DNA of 64,000 nt from Alphaproteobacteria bacterium (GCA_965212115.1 CBDBUR010000001.1:240596-304595), one strand, 5' to 3'. Shown: positions 51,490 to 62,976, counted from the first letter of the stretch. A program made the numbers and translations. Notes: a model not told the origin generated them from the letters alone.

Positions 51490-52329
51490 CTATACTATCT
51501 CCGATAGACGCGGGATGGCAAAATTTCTTAAATAATTCATCTCTGAATCTATGCCGACAAACTGGCGGCCATGATGAAGCGCGGCGACTCCCGTTGTGGC
51601 ACTGCCGCAAAAAGGATCAAGAACGAGGCTGCCCTTTTGGGTAGACGCGAGAACGATGCGCTCCAAAAGAGCGAGAGGCTTTTGGGTCGGATGTTTGCCG
51701 TATTTTTTCTCTGACGGGCTGGGCGTTGGAATTGCCCAGACAGAGCGCATTTGCTTGCCGGACTTTTTGATTGTGTCCTTCGGCCATTCGCAGTCGCGCA
51801 TGGTTTCGTAGTTAAAAACATGAGAGGCTTTTTTATTCTTGCGCGCCCAGATAAGAGTTTCATGGCTGGCGGTGAACATGCGGCAGGATAGATTGGGCGC
51901 GGCATTGGGTTTGAACCAGCAAATGTCGTTCAAAATATGCCAGCCGCCCTGCTGCAGAGCGAAGCCGCAGCTATAAATAGAATGATAGGTGCCGGAAATC
52001 CATAGAGTGCCGTTGGGCTTCAATGCCCGACGACAAGCGGCAACCCAGCTCTGATGAAAAGCAAAGTCTTCGTCTATGCCTTGGCTTTTATCCCATTTGC
52101 CCTTATTGACGCTGACGCGGCGGCCAGCATGGCAGGTGAAGCCGTCATTGGATAGGTTATAAGGCGGATCAGCAAAAATCATATCAAACGACTCCGCTGG
52201 AAAGCTCGCCATCACCTCAAGCGCTTCGCCATAAAAAAGGCGTAGATTCTTAGTCTTAAATAGGGGCTTCACCGATTTCTCCGAAAACGAATCGATCGGA
52301 TCGTTGATCAGATCGGTGAAACAGATCAA
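51490..52329 (-). CDS. Beta-class DNA methyltransferase (N6-adenine or N4-cytosine)
   Basis: The catalytic motif IV FADPPYNL precedes the AdoMet motif I LDPFCGSATTGVAAL (order IV then I, hence beta class). The ParB-less MT-A70-unrelated N6_N4_Mtase pattern is present. The start is TTG at 52329. Confidence 0.85.
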   Translation of the reverse strand: MICFTDLINDPIDSFSEKSVKPLFKTKNLRLFYGEALEVMASFPAESFDMIFADPPYNLSNDGFTCHAGRRVSVNKGKWDKSQGIDEDFAFHQSWVAACRRALKPNGTLWISGTYHSIYSCGFALQQGGWHILNDICWFKPNAAPNLSCRMFTASHETLIWARKNKKASHVFNYETMRDCEWPKDTIKKSGKQMRSVWAIPTPSPSEKKYGKHPTQKPLALLERIVLASTQKGSLVLDPFCGSATTGVAALHHGRQFVGIDSEMNYLRNFAIPRLSEIV

Positions 52330-52423
52330 TAGATCGCAAAATCGATCATTTGCGATAAAATCGATCTTTGTTCTTTATATACCCCTATAATATGCCCTCA
52401 TAAATTGTTTATATGAAAACTAG

Positions 52424-52504
52424 TGGTTGTATATACATCTAGCAGCTGTATATATGTGTAATATACAACTCAAAACATTGTGCGCCCTCAATGGTTGTAT
52501 ATAC
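52424..52504. promoter_or_regulatory. Cluster of GTATATAC-core palindromic motifs: two exact TGGTTGTATATAC 13-mers, an inverted variant and a partial copy
   Basis: TGGTTGTATATAC at 52424-52436 and at 52492-52504. An inverted GTTGTATATTAC lies at 52458-52469, and TGTATATA at 52447-52454. All sit in the 403-bp divergent region between the MTase gene and the acyl-CoA synthetase gene. Confidence 0.55.
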
Positions 52505-52732
52505 GAAAAGAGCGCTCTCCTAATACGAGAATATCGTCGAGCATTGGCGACGATAACAAAGGCGAGTCTGGCACGAAAATGACAGGGCACAAAAATGAAA
52601 GAGTTAAGTGTCGTTTGAAATAACGAAAGAGCTGCCCTTAGCCTTCAACCAGCCTTCAACTCACACGACACCAACCCTCTTGCCCTTCCCTCTCAAAATA
52701 TCAATAATACCGAAAAAGAGCAGGAGAAAATT

Positions 52733-54331
52733 ATGAGCCAAATAACCCCAAACCCCCAACCCCTCGAAACCATCGATGCGCCCGCGCATCCTCATCATCA
52801 CGCCAAAACCAAACCCGATCAGCCCGCCTTCATCATGACTCAAACCGGCGAGAGCGTCTCTTACGCCCAACTCGAAGAGCGCGCTAACCAAGTCGCTCAC
52901 CTGCTCCGCAGCGCCGGACTCAAACACGGCGACGCTATCGCACTCTTTATGGAAAATACACCCGCTTTCCTCGAAATTTGCTGGGGCGCTCAACGCGCCG
53001 GCATCTACTTTACCCCCATGTCCACTCGACTCACCGCGCCCGAAGCCAATTACATCATCAATGACTGCAACGCTAAAATGCTCTTCGTCTCCGACAAACT
53101 CCGACACACCGCAAGCAAAATCAAAAATATCATCTCCCCCGACATCCTCGCCTTCTGCGACGGCAACGAAATCAGCGGCTTCCAAAACTACCTCAACGCT
53201 CGACAGCAACAGCCCACCAACCTCATCGCCGACCCCTCTGCTGGCGCTGATATGCTCTACTCCTCCGGAACCACCGGGCGGCCTAAAGGTGTGCGCCATC
53301 CTCTCCCCGAAGAGCCCTTCGATGCGCCAAACCGCATCATCGGATTGCTTGTCTTGCTCTATCAGGCGTCCGCTGAAACGATCTACCTCTCGCCTGCGCC
53401 GCTCTATCACGCCGCGCCGCTCAGATTTACAATGGGAATCATGTGCTGCGGCGGAACCGCTCTCATCATGGACCGCTTCGATCCCGAAGAAACCCTCCAA
53501 CTCATCGAAAAATATAAAATCACTCACAGCCAGTTCGTCCCGACTATGTTCGTCCGCATGCTCAAAATGCCCGACGAAGTCCGCGCAAAATATGATGTCT
53601 CATCGATGAAAATCGCCATCCACGCCGCCGCGCCATGCCCGATCGAAATTAAACGCAAAATGATCCAATGGTGGGGGCCGGTCATCTACGAATACTACGC
53701 CGGAACCGAAGGCAACGGATTCTGCGCTATCGACTCCCAACAATGGCTCGAACATGAAGGCTCGGTCGGCCAGGCCGCCATGGGCGTCATACACATATGC
53801 GACAAAAACGGCAATGAACTCCCGCCGCGACAAGAAGGCCTCATCTACTTTGAAAACGAAAATCAATTCTCCTACCACAACGATCCCGATAAAACACACG
53901 ATTCCAGACACAAGCAGCATCAAGACTGGTCAACGCTCGGCGACATTGGCTGGATCGATGAAGACAGCTTCCTCTACCTCACCGATCGCAGCGCCCATAT
54001 GATTATCTCCGGCGGGGTCAATATCTACCCCCAAGAGGCCGAAAATATCCTCATCAACCACCCCAAAGTCGCCGATGTCGCCGTCATCGGCGTCCCTCAC
54101 GAGGAGTTCGGCGAGGAAGTCAAAGCCGTCGTCCAGCCCACCGATTGGGCTCACGCCAATCCCGAGACCGCCGACGAACTCATCGCTTATTGCCAAAAAC
54201 AGCTCTCTTTGATAAAATGTCCTAAATCGGTGGACTTTGAAAAGGAACTGCCTCGTCATGCCACCGGTAAGCTCTATAAACGGCTCCTACGTGATCGCTA
54301 TTGGGGCCATAAGCAATCAAAAATCGTCTAG
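52733..54331 (+). CDS. AMP-dependent acyl-CoA synthetase/ligase (FadD-like)
   Basis: MLYSSGTTGRPKGV (AMP-binding P-loop), YYAGTEG, GDIGWIDEDSFLYLTDR, and the C-terminal GKLYKR. Confidence 0.9.
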   Translation: MSQITPNPQPLETIDAPAHPHHHAKTKPDQPAFIMTQTGESVSYAQLEERANQVAHLLRSAGLKHGDAIALFMENTPAFLEICWGAQRAGIYFTPMSTRLTAPEANYIINDCNAKMLFVSDKLRHTASKIKNIISPDILAFCDGNEISGFQNYLNARQQQPTNLIADPSAGADMLYSSGTTGRPKGVRHPLPEEPFDAPNRIIGLLVLLYQASAETIYLSPAPLYHAAPLRFTMGIMCCGGTALIMDRFDPEETLQLIEKYKITHSQFVPTMFVRMLKMPDEVRAKYDVSSMKIAIHAAAPCPIEIKRKMIQWWGPVIYEYYAGTEGNGFCAIDSQQWLEHEGSVGQAAMGVIHICDKNGNELPPRQEGLIYFENENQFSYHNDPDKTHDSRHKQHQDWSTLGDIGWIDEDSFLYLTDRSAHMIISGGVNIYPQEAENILINHPKVADVAVIGVPHEEFGEEVKAVVQPTDWAHANPETADELIAYCQKQLSLIKCPKSVDFEKELPRHATGKLYKRLLRDRYWGHKQSKIV

Positions 54332-54345
54332 TTAGGGAGAAACAA

Positions 54346-54798
54346 ATGCGCGAATTCAACAATGTCGAAGAATATACCCAAGCCCAAGGCCAAGAAATCG
54401 GCGTCAGCGAGTGGCTCACCATCGACCAAAATCGCATCAACGACTTCGCCGACGCCACCGAAGATCATCAATGGATCCATATCGATCCCGACCGATGCCA
54501 AAAAGACCTTAATATGCCAACCATCGCTCACGGCTACCTGACGCTCTCGCTGCTGCCGAAAATGACCTCGAACATCAGCCGCATCAAATCGGTGACGCGC
54601 GGAATCAATTACGGTGCCAATAAAGTCCGCTTCACAAATATGGTGCCGGTCAATTCGAAAGTCCGCGCGCGAGTCAAATTGCTCGACAGCCAGCCTAAAT
54701 CGGGCGGAACACAATGCACCACCGAAGTCACAATGGAAATCGACGGCCAAGATCGCCCGGCGATGGTCGCTGAAACTTTGACCCTCCTCTTTGAGTAA
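54346..54798 (+). CDS. MaoC-like (R)-specific enoyl-CoA hydratase/dehydratase
   Basis: 150-aa hot-dog fold with [18 protein letters not shown]...[12 protein letters not shown] (the MaoC motif). Confidence 0.85.
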   Translation: MREFNNVEEYTQAQGQEIGVSEWLTIDQNRINDFADATEDHQWIHIDPDRCQKDLNMPTIAHGYLTLSLLPKMTSNISRIKSVTRGINYGANKVRFTNMVPVNSKVRARVKLLDSQPKSGGTQCTTEVTMEIDGQDRPAMVAETLTLLFE

Positions 54799-55195
54799 AA
54801 ACAAAAAAAGCGAAGGCAATGAAGTCTGGCGTCAGAAACTCACGCCAGAGCAATATCACGTCACCCGCGAAGCCGGAACCGAACGCCCTTTCACCGGACC
54901 CCATTGGGACGAAAAACGCGGTGGACTCTATCACTGCATCTGCTGCGGGCAGCTCCTATTTTCATCGGCAACAAAATATGACAGCGGCACCGGCTGGCCA
55001 AGCTTCTATGCGCCTGCAAGCCGCAACGCCGTCGCCCAACATGATGATACGAGCCTCTCGATGCGCCGCACCGAGATCGCCTGCGCGCAATGTGATGCTC
55101 ATCTCGGCCATGTCTTCCCCGACGGCCCGCCGCCGACCGGTCTGCGCTATTGCATGAACGGCCACGCGCTCGATTTTCATCGTCAAAAAACATGA
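54791..55195 (+). CDS. msrB: Peptide-methionine (R)-S-oxide reductase
   Basis: [20 protein letters not shown]...[11 protein letters not shown]...GWPSF...[12 protein letters not shown] is the SelR/MsrB signature with both CxxC pairs. The start is TTG. Confidence 0.9.
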   Translation: MSKNKKSEGNEVWRQKLTPEQYHVTREAGTERPFTGPHWDEKRGGLYHCICCGQLLFSSATKYDSGTGWPSFYAPASRNAVAQHDDTSLSMRRTEIACAQCDAHLGHVFPDGPPPTGLRYCMNGHALDFHRQKT

Positions 55196-57273
55196 TCACG
55201 CCGCCGCGCGCGCTCAAAAAGCCCGCACAAGATGTTCACCATGGCCTCACCCGCAAAGATGATTATGCATGGCTCAAAGCCGATAATTGGCGCGACGTCA
55301 TCCATGATGGTTCAGCCCTGCCGCAAGACATTCGCGCTCATCTTGAGACCGAAAACAAATATGCCGAGCAAGTTTTGCAGCCGGTCGATCAATTGCGCCA
55401 AACTCTGCTCAACGAAATGAAAGCGCGCATTCCTCCCGATGACAAAAGCGTCCCTGAACGCGATGGCGATTATTTCTATTATGATCGTTTCTCAGCGCGC
55501 GATGAGCAGCCGCGCCTCTGCCGCGCGCAGGGCGATCAGCCTGACACGCCCGAAGAAATCATGCTTGATGGCAATAAAGAGGCGCAAAATCACAGTTTTT
55601 TCAAGCTGGGCACAGCCGCGCATAGTCCCGATCATCAATGGCTCGCTTGGGCGGCGGACTTGTCGGGCGGAGAATATTGGACGATCCGCATCCGCGACCT
55701 CACGGCGCAAAAAGACAACGACACCATCATCAACAGCGACGGCACCGCCATCTGGGCGGCGGATAGCCGTCATTTTTTCTATATTCATGTTGATCAAAAT
55801 CACCGCCCCTGCGAGGTGCGCTGCCACCTGACCGGCAGTGATCCGGCAAAAGATGCGGTCGTCTTTCGTGAGCCCAACCCCGCCTTTTTTTTATCCCTCA
55901 ATCAAATGCAGAGCGAAGATTACATAACGATCAATTCTTATGATCACAGCTCATCGGAGGTTCGCCTGATCGACGCGCATGAGCCTAAAAAATCGCCGCG
56001 TCTTATCGCGGCGCGGCGCGATAAGATCGAATACAGCATTGAATATGATCGCGCGCATCAAAGATTTTTTATGCTGACTAACAACAATGCGATCGATTTC
56101 AAAATCATGGCCGCGCCAGAACAAAATCTCAGTGCATGGCACGATTTCATTCCCGCGCGCAGCGGCGTTTATATTATCGATTTCAACCTTTATAAAAATT
56201 ATCTCATCTGGCTCACGCGCGAAAAAGGCCTTCCATGTCTGCTGGTTCGTGATCTCACATCGGACAAGACCTCTCAGCTATCCTTTGGCGATGAGCCGCA
56301 TGATCTTGATATTGAACCAGGTCTTCTCTACGCAACGAATAATCTACGTGTCCATTACAGCTCGATGCGCCAGCCGGAGCAGGTCTATGACATCAATATG
56401 GCAACACAAGAGCGAACCCTGCGCAAAACACAGCAAATCCCCAGCGGCCACAATCCCGATGATTATGCCACCAAAAGAATCTTCGCCAAAGCGCACGACG
56501 GCGAGACAATCCCGATCTCTCTTTTATATCATGTCCGCACGCCACCCGATGGCGCGCGGCCTCTTTTGCTCTACGGCTATGGCGCTTATGGCATTACGAT
56601 TCCGGCTTATTTTTCATCGGCGCGGCTGTCGCTGGTCAATCGCGGCGTCGCGATCGCGATCGCTCACATTCGCGGCGGCAGCGCCAAAGGACGCAAATGG
56701 TATCATGACGGCAAACTCAATCGCAAAACTAACAGCTTCAAAGACTTCATCGCCGTCGCTGAATATCTCGTGCAGCACCAATACGCTCAACACGGCAACA
56801 TCACCGCACAAGGCGGATCCGCTGGGGGTATGCTCATGGGTGCCGTCACCAATATGGCGCCCGATCTGTTTCGCGCCATCATCGCCCAAGTGCCTTTCGT
56901 GGATGTGCTCGCGACAATGCTCGATAAAAACCTCCCTCTCACTCCAGCCGAATGGCTTGAATGGGGCAACCCCATCATCAATAAAACCGCCTATGAGCAA
57001 ATCGCCGCCTATTCCCCCTGCGATAATGTCCGCCCACAGGCCTATCCATGGATCCTCGCGACCGGCGGCCTCACCGATCCGCGCGTCGGATATTGGGAGC
57101 CCGCCAAATGGGTCGCCCGTCTGCGCGACGCTCAACAAAGCTCAGCGCCCATCCTGCTCAAAACCGAAATGCGCGCCGGTCATGGCGGTAAATCAGGCCG
57201 CTTCCGCCAACTCGAAGAAATCGCCCAAGCTTATGCCTTTGCCCTGCTCGCTCACGGCCTCACCGGCGCTTGA
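55192..57273 (+). CDS. ptrB: Oligopeptidase B / prolyl oligopeptidase family S9A serine protease
   Basis: [11 protein letters not shown] at the N-terminus, a beta-propeller region, the catalytic [10 protein letters not shown], and a C-terminal GHGG. The ATG at 55192 overlaps the msrB stop (ATGA). Confidence 0.88.
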   Translation: MITPPRALKKPAQDVHHGLTRKDDYAWLKADNWRDVIHDGSALPQDIRAHLETENKYAEQVLQPVDQLRQTLLNEMKARIPPDDKSVPERDGDYFYYDRFSARDEQPRLCRAQGDQPDTPEEIMLDGNKEAQNHSFFKLGTAAHSPDHQWLAWAADLSGGEYWTIRIRDLTAQKDNDTIINSDGTAIWAADSRHFFYIHVDQNHRPCEVRCHLTGSDPAKDAVVFREPNPAFFLSLNQMQSEDYITINSYDHSSSEVRLIDAHEPKKSPRLIAARRDKIEYSIEYDRAHQRFFMLTNNNAIDFKIMAAPEQNLSAWHDFIPARSGVYIIDFNLYKNYLIWLTREKGLPCLLVRDLTSDKTSQLSFGDEPHDLDIEPGLLYATNNLRVHYSSMRQPEQVYDINMATQERTLRKTQQIPSGHNPDDYATKRIFAKAHDGETIPISLLYHVRTPPDGARPLLLYGYGAYGITIPAYFSSARLSLVNRGVAIAIAHIRGGSAKGRKWYHDGKLNRKTNSFKDFIAVAEYLVQHQYAQHGNITAQGGSAGGMLMGAVTNMAPDLFRAIIAQVPFVDVLATMLDKNLPLTPAEWLEWGNPIINKTAYEQIAAYSPCDNVRPQAYPWILATGGLTDPRVGYWEPAKWVARLRDAQQSSAPILLKTEMRAGHGGKSGRFRQLEEIAQAYAFALLAHGLTGA

Positions 57274-57304
57274 CCTCTACCCGTCAGAGCGCCTATCAAA
57301 ATAT

Positions 57305-58171
57305 ATGATCGATAATCCCGACAACTTCCAAAATATGATCCTCGCTCTGCAGAAATTTTGGGGCCAGAAAGGCTGTGTGCTGCTCCAGCCCTACGATATC
57401 GAAATGGGCGCCGGAACCTTCCACCCCGCTACCGCTCTGCGCGCGCTCGGACAAAAAACGTGGAAAGCCGCCTATGTCCAACCCGCGCGCCGACCCGACG
57501 ATGGCCGCTATGGCGAAAACCCCAATCGACTGCAACATTATTACCAGTTTCAAGTGATCCTTAAACCAGCGCCGCCGAACATCCGCGAGCTTTATATGGA
57601 AAGCCTCGATCAACTTGGGCTCAAGCCTCAACAACATGATATCAAATTCATCGAGGACGATTGGGAAAGCCCGACGCTCGGCGCTTGGGGACTCGGCTGG
57701 GAAGTGCGCTGCGACGGAATGGAGGTTTCGCAATTCACCTATTTTCAACAGATCGGCGGCATCGATTGCGAGCCGGTGTCGGGCGAAATTACCTACGGAC
57801 TCGAACGACTCGCAATGTTCAAACAAAATAAAGATAACGTCTTTGAGCTCAATTTCGGCGGCAACACCTCCTACGGCGACGTGTTCCAAGAAGCCGAACG
57901 GCAGCACTCGGCCTATAACTACGAAGCCGCCAATAAAGAAATGCTCCAGCGCCACTTCGACGATATGCAGGCCGAATGTCTTGCTCTGCTGGACAAAAAC
58001 CTCGTCCTGCCCGCCTATGACCATTGCGTCAAAGCCAGCCACCTGTTCAATCTGCTCGATGCGCGCGGCGTCATCGGACACTCGGCGCGGCCCGATTACA
58101 TCAAAAAAGTGCGCGACCTCGCCTGCCAATGCGCCGCAATGTGGGTGAGCCAAGAGAAACAAAATGTCTGA
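57305..58171 (+). CDS. glyQ: Glycine--tRNA ligase alpha subunit
   Basis: [36 protein letters not shown]...[28 protein letters not shown] is nearly invariant GlyQ sequence. Only the last 288 codons of the long track ORF 56087..58171 are real. Confidence 0.95.
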   Translation: MIDNPDNFQNMILALQKFWGQKGCVLLQPYDIEMGAGTFHPATALRALGQKTWKAAYVQPARRPDDGRYGENPNRLQHYYQFQVILKPAPPNIRELYMESLDQLGLKPQQHDIKFIEDDWESPTLGAWGLGWEVRCDGMEVSQFTYFQQIGGIDCEPVSGEITYGLERLAMFKQNKDNVFELNFGGNTSYGDVFQEAERQHSAYNYEAANKEMLQRHFDDMQAECLALLDKNLVLPAYDHCVKASHLFNLLDARGVIGHSARPDYIKKVRDLACQCAAMWVSQEKQNV

Positions 58172-60251
58172 ACTGCTGCTCGAATTATTGTCGGAAGAAA
58201 TTCCCCCTTCTATGCAAGAGCCCGCTGCCGAAAATCTCCGGAGCTCACTACACCAGATGCTCGAAATGGATTATGGTTGCGAGGTGTTCCCAATAGAACA
58301 TTTTTCAACACCGCGCCGGATCGGTGTTTGGTTTAATTATTTACCCACTTCACTTGCGGCGCAGACTGAAACAAAACGTGGGCCAAAAACTAGCGCGCCC
58401 CAACAGGCCATTGATGGCTTCAAGCGATCTTTGGACGGTGCCAGCGTCAAAATCTTTGAGCAAGACGGCTATTATTATGCGCAGATTGAGCGTCCGGCGA
58501 TGGAGATGAAAGCCCTGCTCGCTGAGGAGATACCGCAATTGTTAAAAACATTCCCTTGGCCGAAATCCATGCGCTGGCCGCAAAACAAAGATGGCAGTGG
58601 AGATTTTCGCTGGGTGCGGCCTCTGCGCTCGGTTTTGTGCATTCTGGATGGCGAGGTCGTCCCTTTTTCCATTGGCGGCGTACAATCAGGCGACACCTCT
58701 TATGGCCATATCTTTGATGCGCCTGATAAAATCAAAATCTCTTCTTTTGAGGATTATCAGCAAAAATTGCGCAAAGCTCATGTTCTGATTTCTGCCGATG
58801 AGCGCCACGATAAAATAATATCTGAAATAGAAGAAAAACGAAAAGGCATGTCTGCAAAACAGACAAAAACTATCGCCTATCAGATGAAGCGATTTTCAGA
58901 ATATCCTATTTTGCAAAAAGGAGAGGTCCATTTTACGAAAACCGATAAAGCTGAGAAGTTAATCATACTTCCAACAAAAATTAGGGATTCAATTTTTATC
59001 AAAGAACATTGTCTGCCGCTTTTTAAAGATAATCTCTGGATGGGAAATTTCCTTGCTTGTATTGATGGAAAGAAAAAAAATGATTCTGTGATTCTTGCAG
59101 GTTTTTCCACCGTTCTGCGCGCAAGAATGAACGACGCGCTTTTTTTCATAGAAAACGATCATGAGACCGGCCTTGATCGTTTAAGAAAGCAGTTAAAGGA
59201 AATATCCTTTCACCCCAAACTAGGCAATTTTTTGGATAAAGCCGAGCGGTTTGAAAAATTATCCTTAGGGAAAACATTGCGCAACCTATTACCTGATGAA
59301 AAGTGGGACTCTGTAATACAACCTGCGGCGCACTATGCCAAAGCGGATATTGCCAGCCAGAGCGGTAGAGAATTCCCTGAAGCTCTTGGCCAGATTGCAA
59401 TGAGATTATTTTCAAAACACCACCCTAACCTAAATGAAGATATAGGCAGAACAATCATAAAAGCGATTGAAACACATTATGAAGCCCAGCCGCCGTCAAG
59501 GGAAAGCCGGATACTCGCGCTTGTCGGCAGAACGGATACGTTTGTCGGTTTCTTTTCCATTGGCGAAATGCCCACCGGCTCCAAAGACCCATTCGGATTG
59601 CGCCGCGCAGCGCTTTCAATCATTCGGATCATTTTGGAAAACCAAAATGATTTTCAAAACCTCGACCTCAATGATTTATTCTCCGAGGCGCTTGATCTTT
59701 ATCAGGTTAAAGATAAAGAGCCCGCCCTCAACGAATTGCGCCGCTTCATTGCCGATCGGCTAAAGTTTTATCTGCGCCGCCAAGACCAGCCTGCCGATCT
59801 CGTCGATGCCGCCATGCAAGCCGAAACCGGCCTCAACCTCGCGCGCATCCAAGCGCGACTCGTTGCGCTCAAAAATTTTCTCAAAGACGAAAATGGCGGC
59901 CATCTGATGATTGCGTGGCGGCGCATTGTCGGTATTCTCAAAGATACGAAACAGGCCGGACAGCGTAGCGGCGCTCCGCTTGCCGCAGCACTTCTCACCG
60001 AGCCAACTGAAAAAAAACTCGCCCAAGCGCTCCGGATGGAGGGCTACGACCAAGCCCTCGCAACACACGATTTTCCCCGCGCCTTCGGACTCTTGGCCGC
60101 TTTGCGTCAGCCCGTCGATGACTTCTTCGACAATGTCCGCGTCAATGTCGATGATCCCGCAATCCGCCAAAATCGGCTCGCGCTGTGCGCCGCTCTGCGC
60201 TCTATCATGAACCGCGCCGCTGATTTCTCCTCCATCTCAGGACGGTCATAA
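58164..60251 (+). CDS. glyS: Glycine--tRNA ligase beta subunit
   Basis: [15 protein letters not shown]...TPRRI, 695 aa. It overlaps the end of glyQ by 8 nt. Confidence 0.93.
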   Translation: MSELLLELLSEEIPPSMQEPAAENLRSSLHQMLEMDYGCEVFPIEHFSTPRRIGVWFNYLPTSLAAQTETKRGPKTSAPQQAIDGFKRSLDGASVKIFEQDGYYYAQIERPAMEMKALLAEEIPQLLKTFPWPKSMRWPQNKDGSGDFRWVRPLRSVLCILDGEVVPFSIGGVQSGDTSYGHIFDAPDKIKISSFEDYQQKLRKAHVLISADERHDKIISEIEEKRKGMSAKQTKTIAYQMKRFSEYPILQKGEVHFTKTDKAEKLIILPTKIRDSIFIKEHCLPLFKDNLWMGNFLACIDGKKKNDSVILAGFSTVLRARMNDALFFIENDHETGLDRLRKQLKEISFHPKLGNFLDKAERFEKLSLGKTLRNLLPDEKWDSVIQPAAHYAKADIASQSGREFPEALGQIAMRLFSKHHPNLNEDIGRTIIKAIETHYEAQPPSRESRILALVGRTDTFVGFFSIGEMPTGSKDPFGLRRAALSIIRIILENQNDFQNLDLNDLFSEALDLYQVKDKEPALNELRRFIADRLKFYLRRQDQPADLVDAAMQAETGLNLARIQARLVALKNFLKDENGGHLMIAWRRIVGILKDTKQAGQRSGAPLAAALLTEPTEKKLAQALRMEGYDQALATHDFPRAFGLLAALRQPVDDFFDNVRVNVDDPAIRQNRLALCAALRSIMNRAADFSSISGRS

Positions 60252-60255
60252 TCTC

Positions 60256-62976
60256 ATGCTCCGCAGAAAAGCAAAAAAGAAATGGACATATCTCTTTGGC
60301 AATGGTCGCGCCGAAGGCGACGCCAATATGAAAAACCTGCTCGGCGGCAAAGGCGCGAACCTCGCCGAAATGAACCTCATCAAACTGCCCGTGCCGCCTG
60401 GCTTCACAATCACCACCGAAGCCTCTAACGCCTTCTACGAAAATGACGGAAAATTCCCCGACGGTCTTGAAAAAGAAGTGCAGCGCGCACTCAGGCGTCT
60501 TGAAAAAATCTCCGGCGGAAAATTCGGCCACGAAAAGCGGCCGCTGCTGCTTTCGGTGCGATCGGGCGCGCGCGCCTCAATGCCGGGCATGATGGACACC
60601 GTCCTCAACCTCGGACTCAATGACGCCACCACCGAAGCGCTCGCGCGGCGCACCCAAGACCCACGCTTCGCTTACGATTCCTATCGCCGCTTCATACAGA
60701 TATATGCCGACATCGTGCTGGGCATCGAGCATCATCTGTTTGAGGATATCCTCGAAAGCCACAAAATGGCCAAAGGCTACCTCCTCGATACCAACATGAC
60801 CGGCGAAGATTGGAAAGACATCGTCAAGCTCTATAAAAAAATCGTCGCCGAAAATACTGATCAGGAATTTCCCCAATCGCCTCAAGAGCAGCTCTGGGGA
60901 GCAATCGCCGCGGTTTTCCACTCTTGGAACAATGTCCGCGCGCAGACCTATCGCCGCCTGCACGTCATCCCGCATTCATGGGGCACCGCCGTCAATATCC
61001 AAGCGATGGTCTTCGGCAATATGGGCAACAAAAGCGCCACAGGCGTCGCCTTCACCAGAAATCCCGCCAATGGCGAAAACGAATTCTATGGCGAATTCCT
61101 GCTCAACGCTCAGGGCGAAGACGTCGTCGCTGGACTGCGCACACCTTCGCCGCTCACAAAAAAATCCCAGCAAGAACAAAACGCCGAGCCGCAAACGTCT
61201 ATGGAAGAGATCATGCCCAAAGCTTTCAGTGAACTCGCCGCGATCCGCAAAAAACTCGAACAGCATTACCGCGATATGCAGGACATCGAATTCACGATCG
61301 AAAACGGCAAACTCTGGATGCTCCAAACACGCGCCGCTAAACGAACCGCCGCCGCCGCTCTGCGCTGCGCGGCTGATATGGTCACTGAAGGCCTCATCAC
61401 CGAAGAAGAAGCCGTCGAGCGCATCGAGCCGACATCGCTCGACCAATTGCTCCACCCAATGCTCGACCCCGACGCTAAACGCGATGTGCTCACGCGCGGT
61501 CTGCCTGCCTCGCCAGGCGCGGCAAGCGGCGAAATCGTCTTCACCTCCGCTGAGGCCGAGCGGCTGAAACATCAGGGACGACGCGTGATTCTCGTGCGCC
61601 ACGAAACAAGCCCCGAAGACATCCACGGCATGCACGCCGCCGAAGGAATCCTCACCGCGCGCGGCGGCATGACAAGCCACGCCGCCGTCGTCGCGCGCGG
61701 CATGGGACGCCCCTGCGTCGCTGGAGCAAGCGCCGTGCGCATCGACACCGCCAAACAAAACCTCGAAGTCGATGGACGCATGCTCGCGCTCGGCGACATC
61801 ATCACGATCGACGGCATCACCGGCGAAGTGATCTATGGCGAGGTGCCGCAATTGCAGCCGCAAATGTCAGATAATTTCGTCAAAATCATGCAATGGGCCG
61901 ACAAGTTCCGCCGCATGAACGTCCGTGCCAACGCCGAAACAAAAACCGATACCAAAACCGCGCGATCTTTCGGCGCCCAAGGAATCGGGTTGTGCCGCAC
62001 CGAACACATGTTCTTTGATATTGGCCGTGTGCGCATCATGCGCGAAATGATCCTCGCCAAAGACAAAGATAATCGCCACGCAGCGCTCGCGCAATTGATG
62101 CCTCTGCAGCGCCAAGACTTCGTCGAGCTGTTCGAAATCATGTCGGGCTTTCCTGTGACGATCCGGCTGCTTGATCCTCCGCTCCATGAGTTCCTGCCGC
62201 ACGAAAATGAAATCCCGCAAGTCGCGCGCGAGCTTGATGTCGAAGAAGATTATCTGCGCCGCCGCGTCGCCCAGCTATCAGAGACAAACCCAATGCTCGG
62301 ACATCGCGGCTGTCGACTCGGCATCACCTCCCCGGAAATCTACGAAATGCAGACGCGCGCTATCCTCGAAGCCGCCCACATCGCTCAAAGCCGCAATAAT
62401 GCGCAAATTTTCCCTGAAATCATGATCCCGCTCATCGCAATGAAAAGCGAGCTCGAATTCATCAAAGACTTGATCGTAAAAATCGCAAAAGAAGTAATCA
62501 CAGAAAAAGGCGTCGATATCCCCTATCACATCGGCACGATGATCGAACTGCCGCGCGCGGCTCTATGCGCCGATGCGCTCGCCGAAAGCGCCGACTTCTT
62601 CAGCTTCGGCACCAATGATCTGACCCAAACCACGTTCGGCATCAGCCGCGATGACGCCGCGCGCTTCATCGGAATCTACGCACAGGAAGGCCTGTTCGAG
62701 CGTAACCCGTTCGTCACGATCGACATCCAAGGCGTTGGCAGCCTGATGCGCATGGCATGCGCTAAAGGCCGACAAACCCGCGCTGACATCCAACTTGGCG
62801 TTTGCGGCGAGCATGGCGGTGATCCTACAAGCATCCAACTCTGCGAAGAGATCGGTTTGGATTATATTTCCTGCTCACCCTATCGGGTACCGATCGCAAG
62901 ACTCGCCGCAGCTCAAGCAACCATCTTGGCCAAAAAAACAAAATCCCTCAAAAAAAGAGAGCGTTCAAAATCATGA
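60256..62976 (+). CDS. ppdK: Pyruvate, phosphate dikinase
   Basis: WTYLFGNGRAEGDANMKNLLGGKGANLAEM, the phospho-His region GGMTSHAAVVARGMG, and the PEP-utiliser TIM barrel FFSFGTNDLTQ. 906 aa. Confidence 0.95.
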   Translation: MLRRKAKKKWTYLFGNGRAEGDANMKNLLGGKGANLAEMNLIKLPVPPGFTITTEASNAFYENDGKFPDGLEKEVQRALRRLEKISGGKFGHEKRPLLLSVRSGARASMPGMMDTVLNLGLNDATTEALARRTQDPRFAYDSYRRFIQIYADIVLGIEHHLFEDILESHKMAKGYLLDTNMTGEDWKDIVKLYKKIVAENTDQEFPQSPQEQLWGAIAAVFHSWNNVRAQTYRRLHVIPHSWGTAVNIQAMVFGNMGNKSATGVAFTRNPANGENEFYGEFLLNAQGEDVVAGLRTPSPLTKKSQQEQNAEPQTSMEEIMPKAFSELAAIRKKLEQHYRDMQDIEFTIENGKLWMLQTRAAKRTAAAALRCAADMVTEGLITEEEAVERIEPTSLDQLLHPMLDPDAKRDVLTRGLPASPGAASGEIVFTSAEAERLKHQGRRVILVRHETSPEDIHGMHAAEGILTARGGMTSHAAVVARGMGRPCVAGASAVRIDTAKQNLEVDGRMLALGDIITIDGITGEVIYGEVPQLQPQMSDNFVKIMQWADKFRRMNVRANAETKTDTKTARSFGAQGIGLCRTEHMFFDIGRVRIMREMILAKDKDNRHAALAQLMPLQRQDFVELFEIMSGFPVTIRLLDPPLHEFLPHENEIPQVARELDVEEDYLRRRVAQLSETNPMLGHRGCRLGITSPEIYEMQTRAILEAAHIAQSRNNAQIFPEIMIPLIAMKSELEFIKDLIVKIAKEVITEKGVDIPYHIGTMIELPRAALCADALAESADFFSFGTNDLTQTTFGISRDDAARFIGIYAQEGLFERNPFVTIDIQGVGSLMRMACAKGRQTRADIQLGVCGEHGGDPTSIQLCEEIGLDYISCSPYRVPIARLAAAQATILAKKTKSLKKRERSKS

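Noticed and set aside
52661-53527. 288-aa ORF on the minus strand
   Set aside because: It lies entirely antisense to the well-supported acyl-CoA synthetase gene (52733-54331). Its G/E/F/V-rich low-complexity translation has no recognisable motifs, which is typical of a shadow ORF in GC-rich coding DNA.
57296-58162. 288-aa ORF on the minus strand, and the first ~400 codons of the 694-aa plus-strand ORF 56087..58171
   Set aside because: The minus ORF is antisense to glyQ. The long plus ORF is real only from the ATG at 57305 (near-invariant GlyQ sequence). Its upstream part overlaps oligopeptidase B out of frame and translates to S/P/R-rich nonsense.
60976-61863. 295-aa ORF on the minus strand, plus several ~100-200-aa ORFs within 60.4-62.9 kb
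   Set aside because: All of them overlap the ppdK coding region, which has unambiguous PPDK motifs. They are shadow ORFs.
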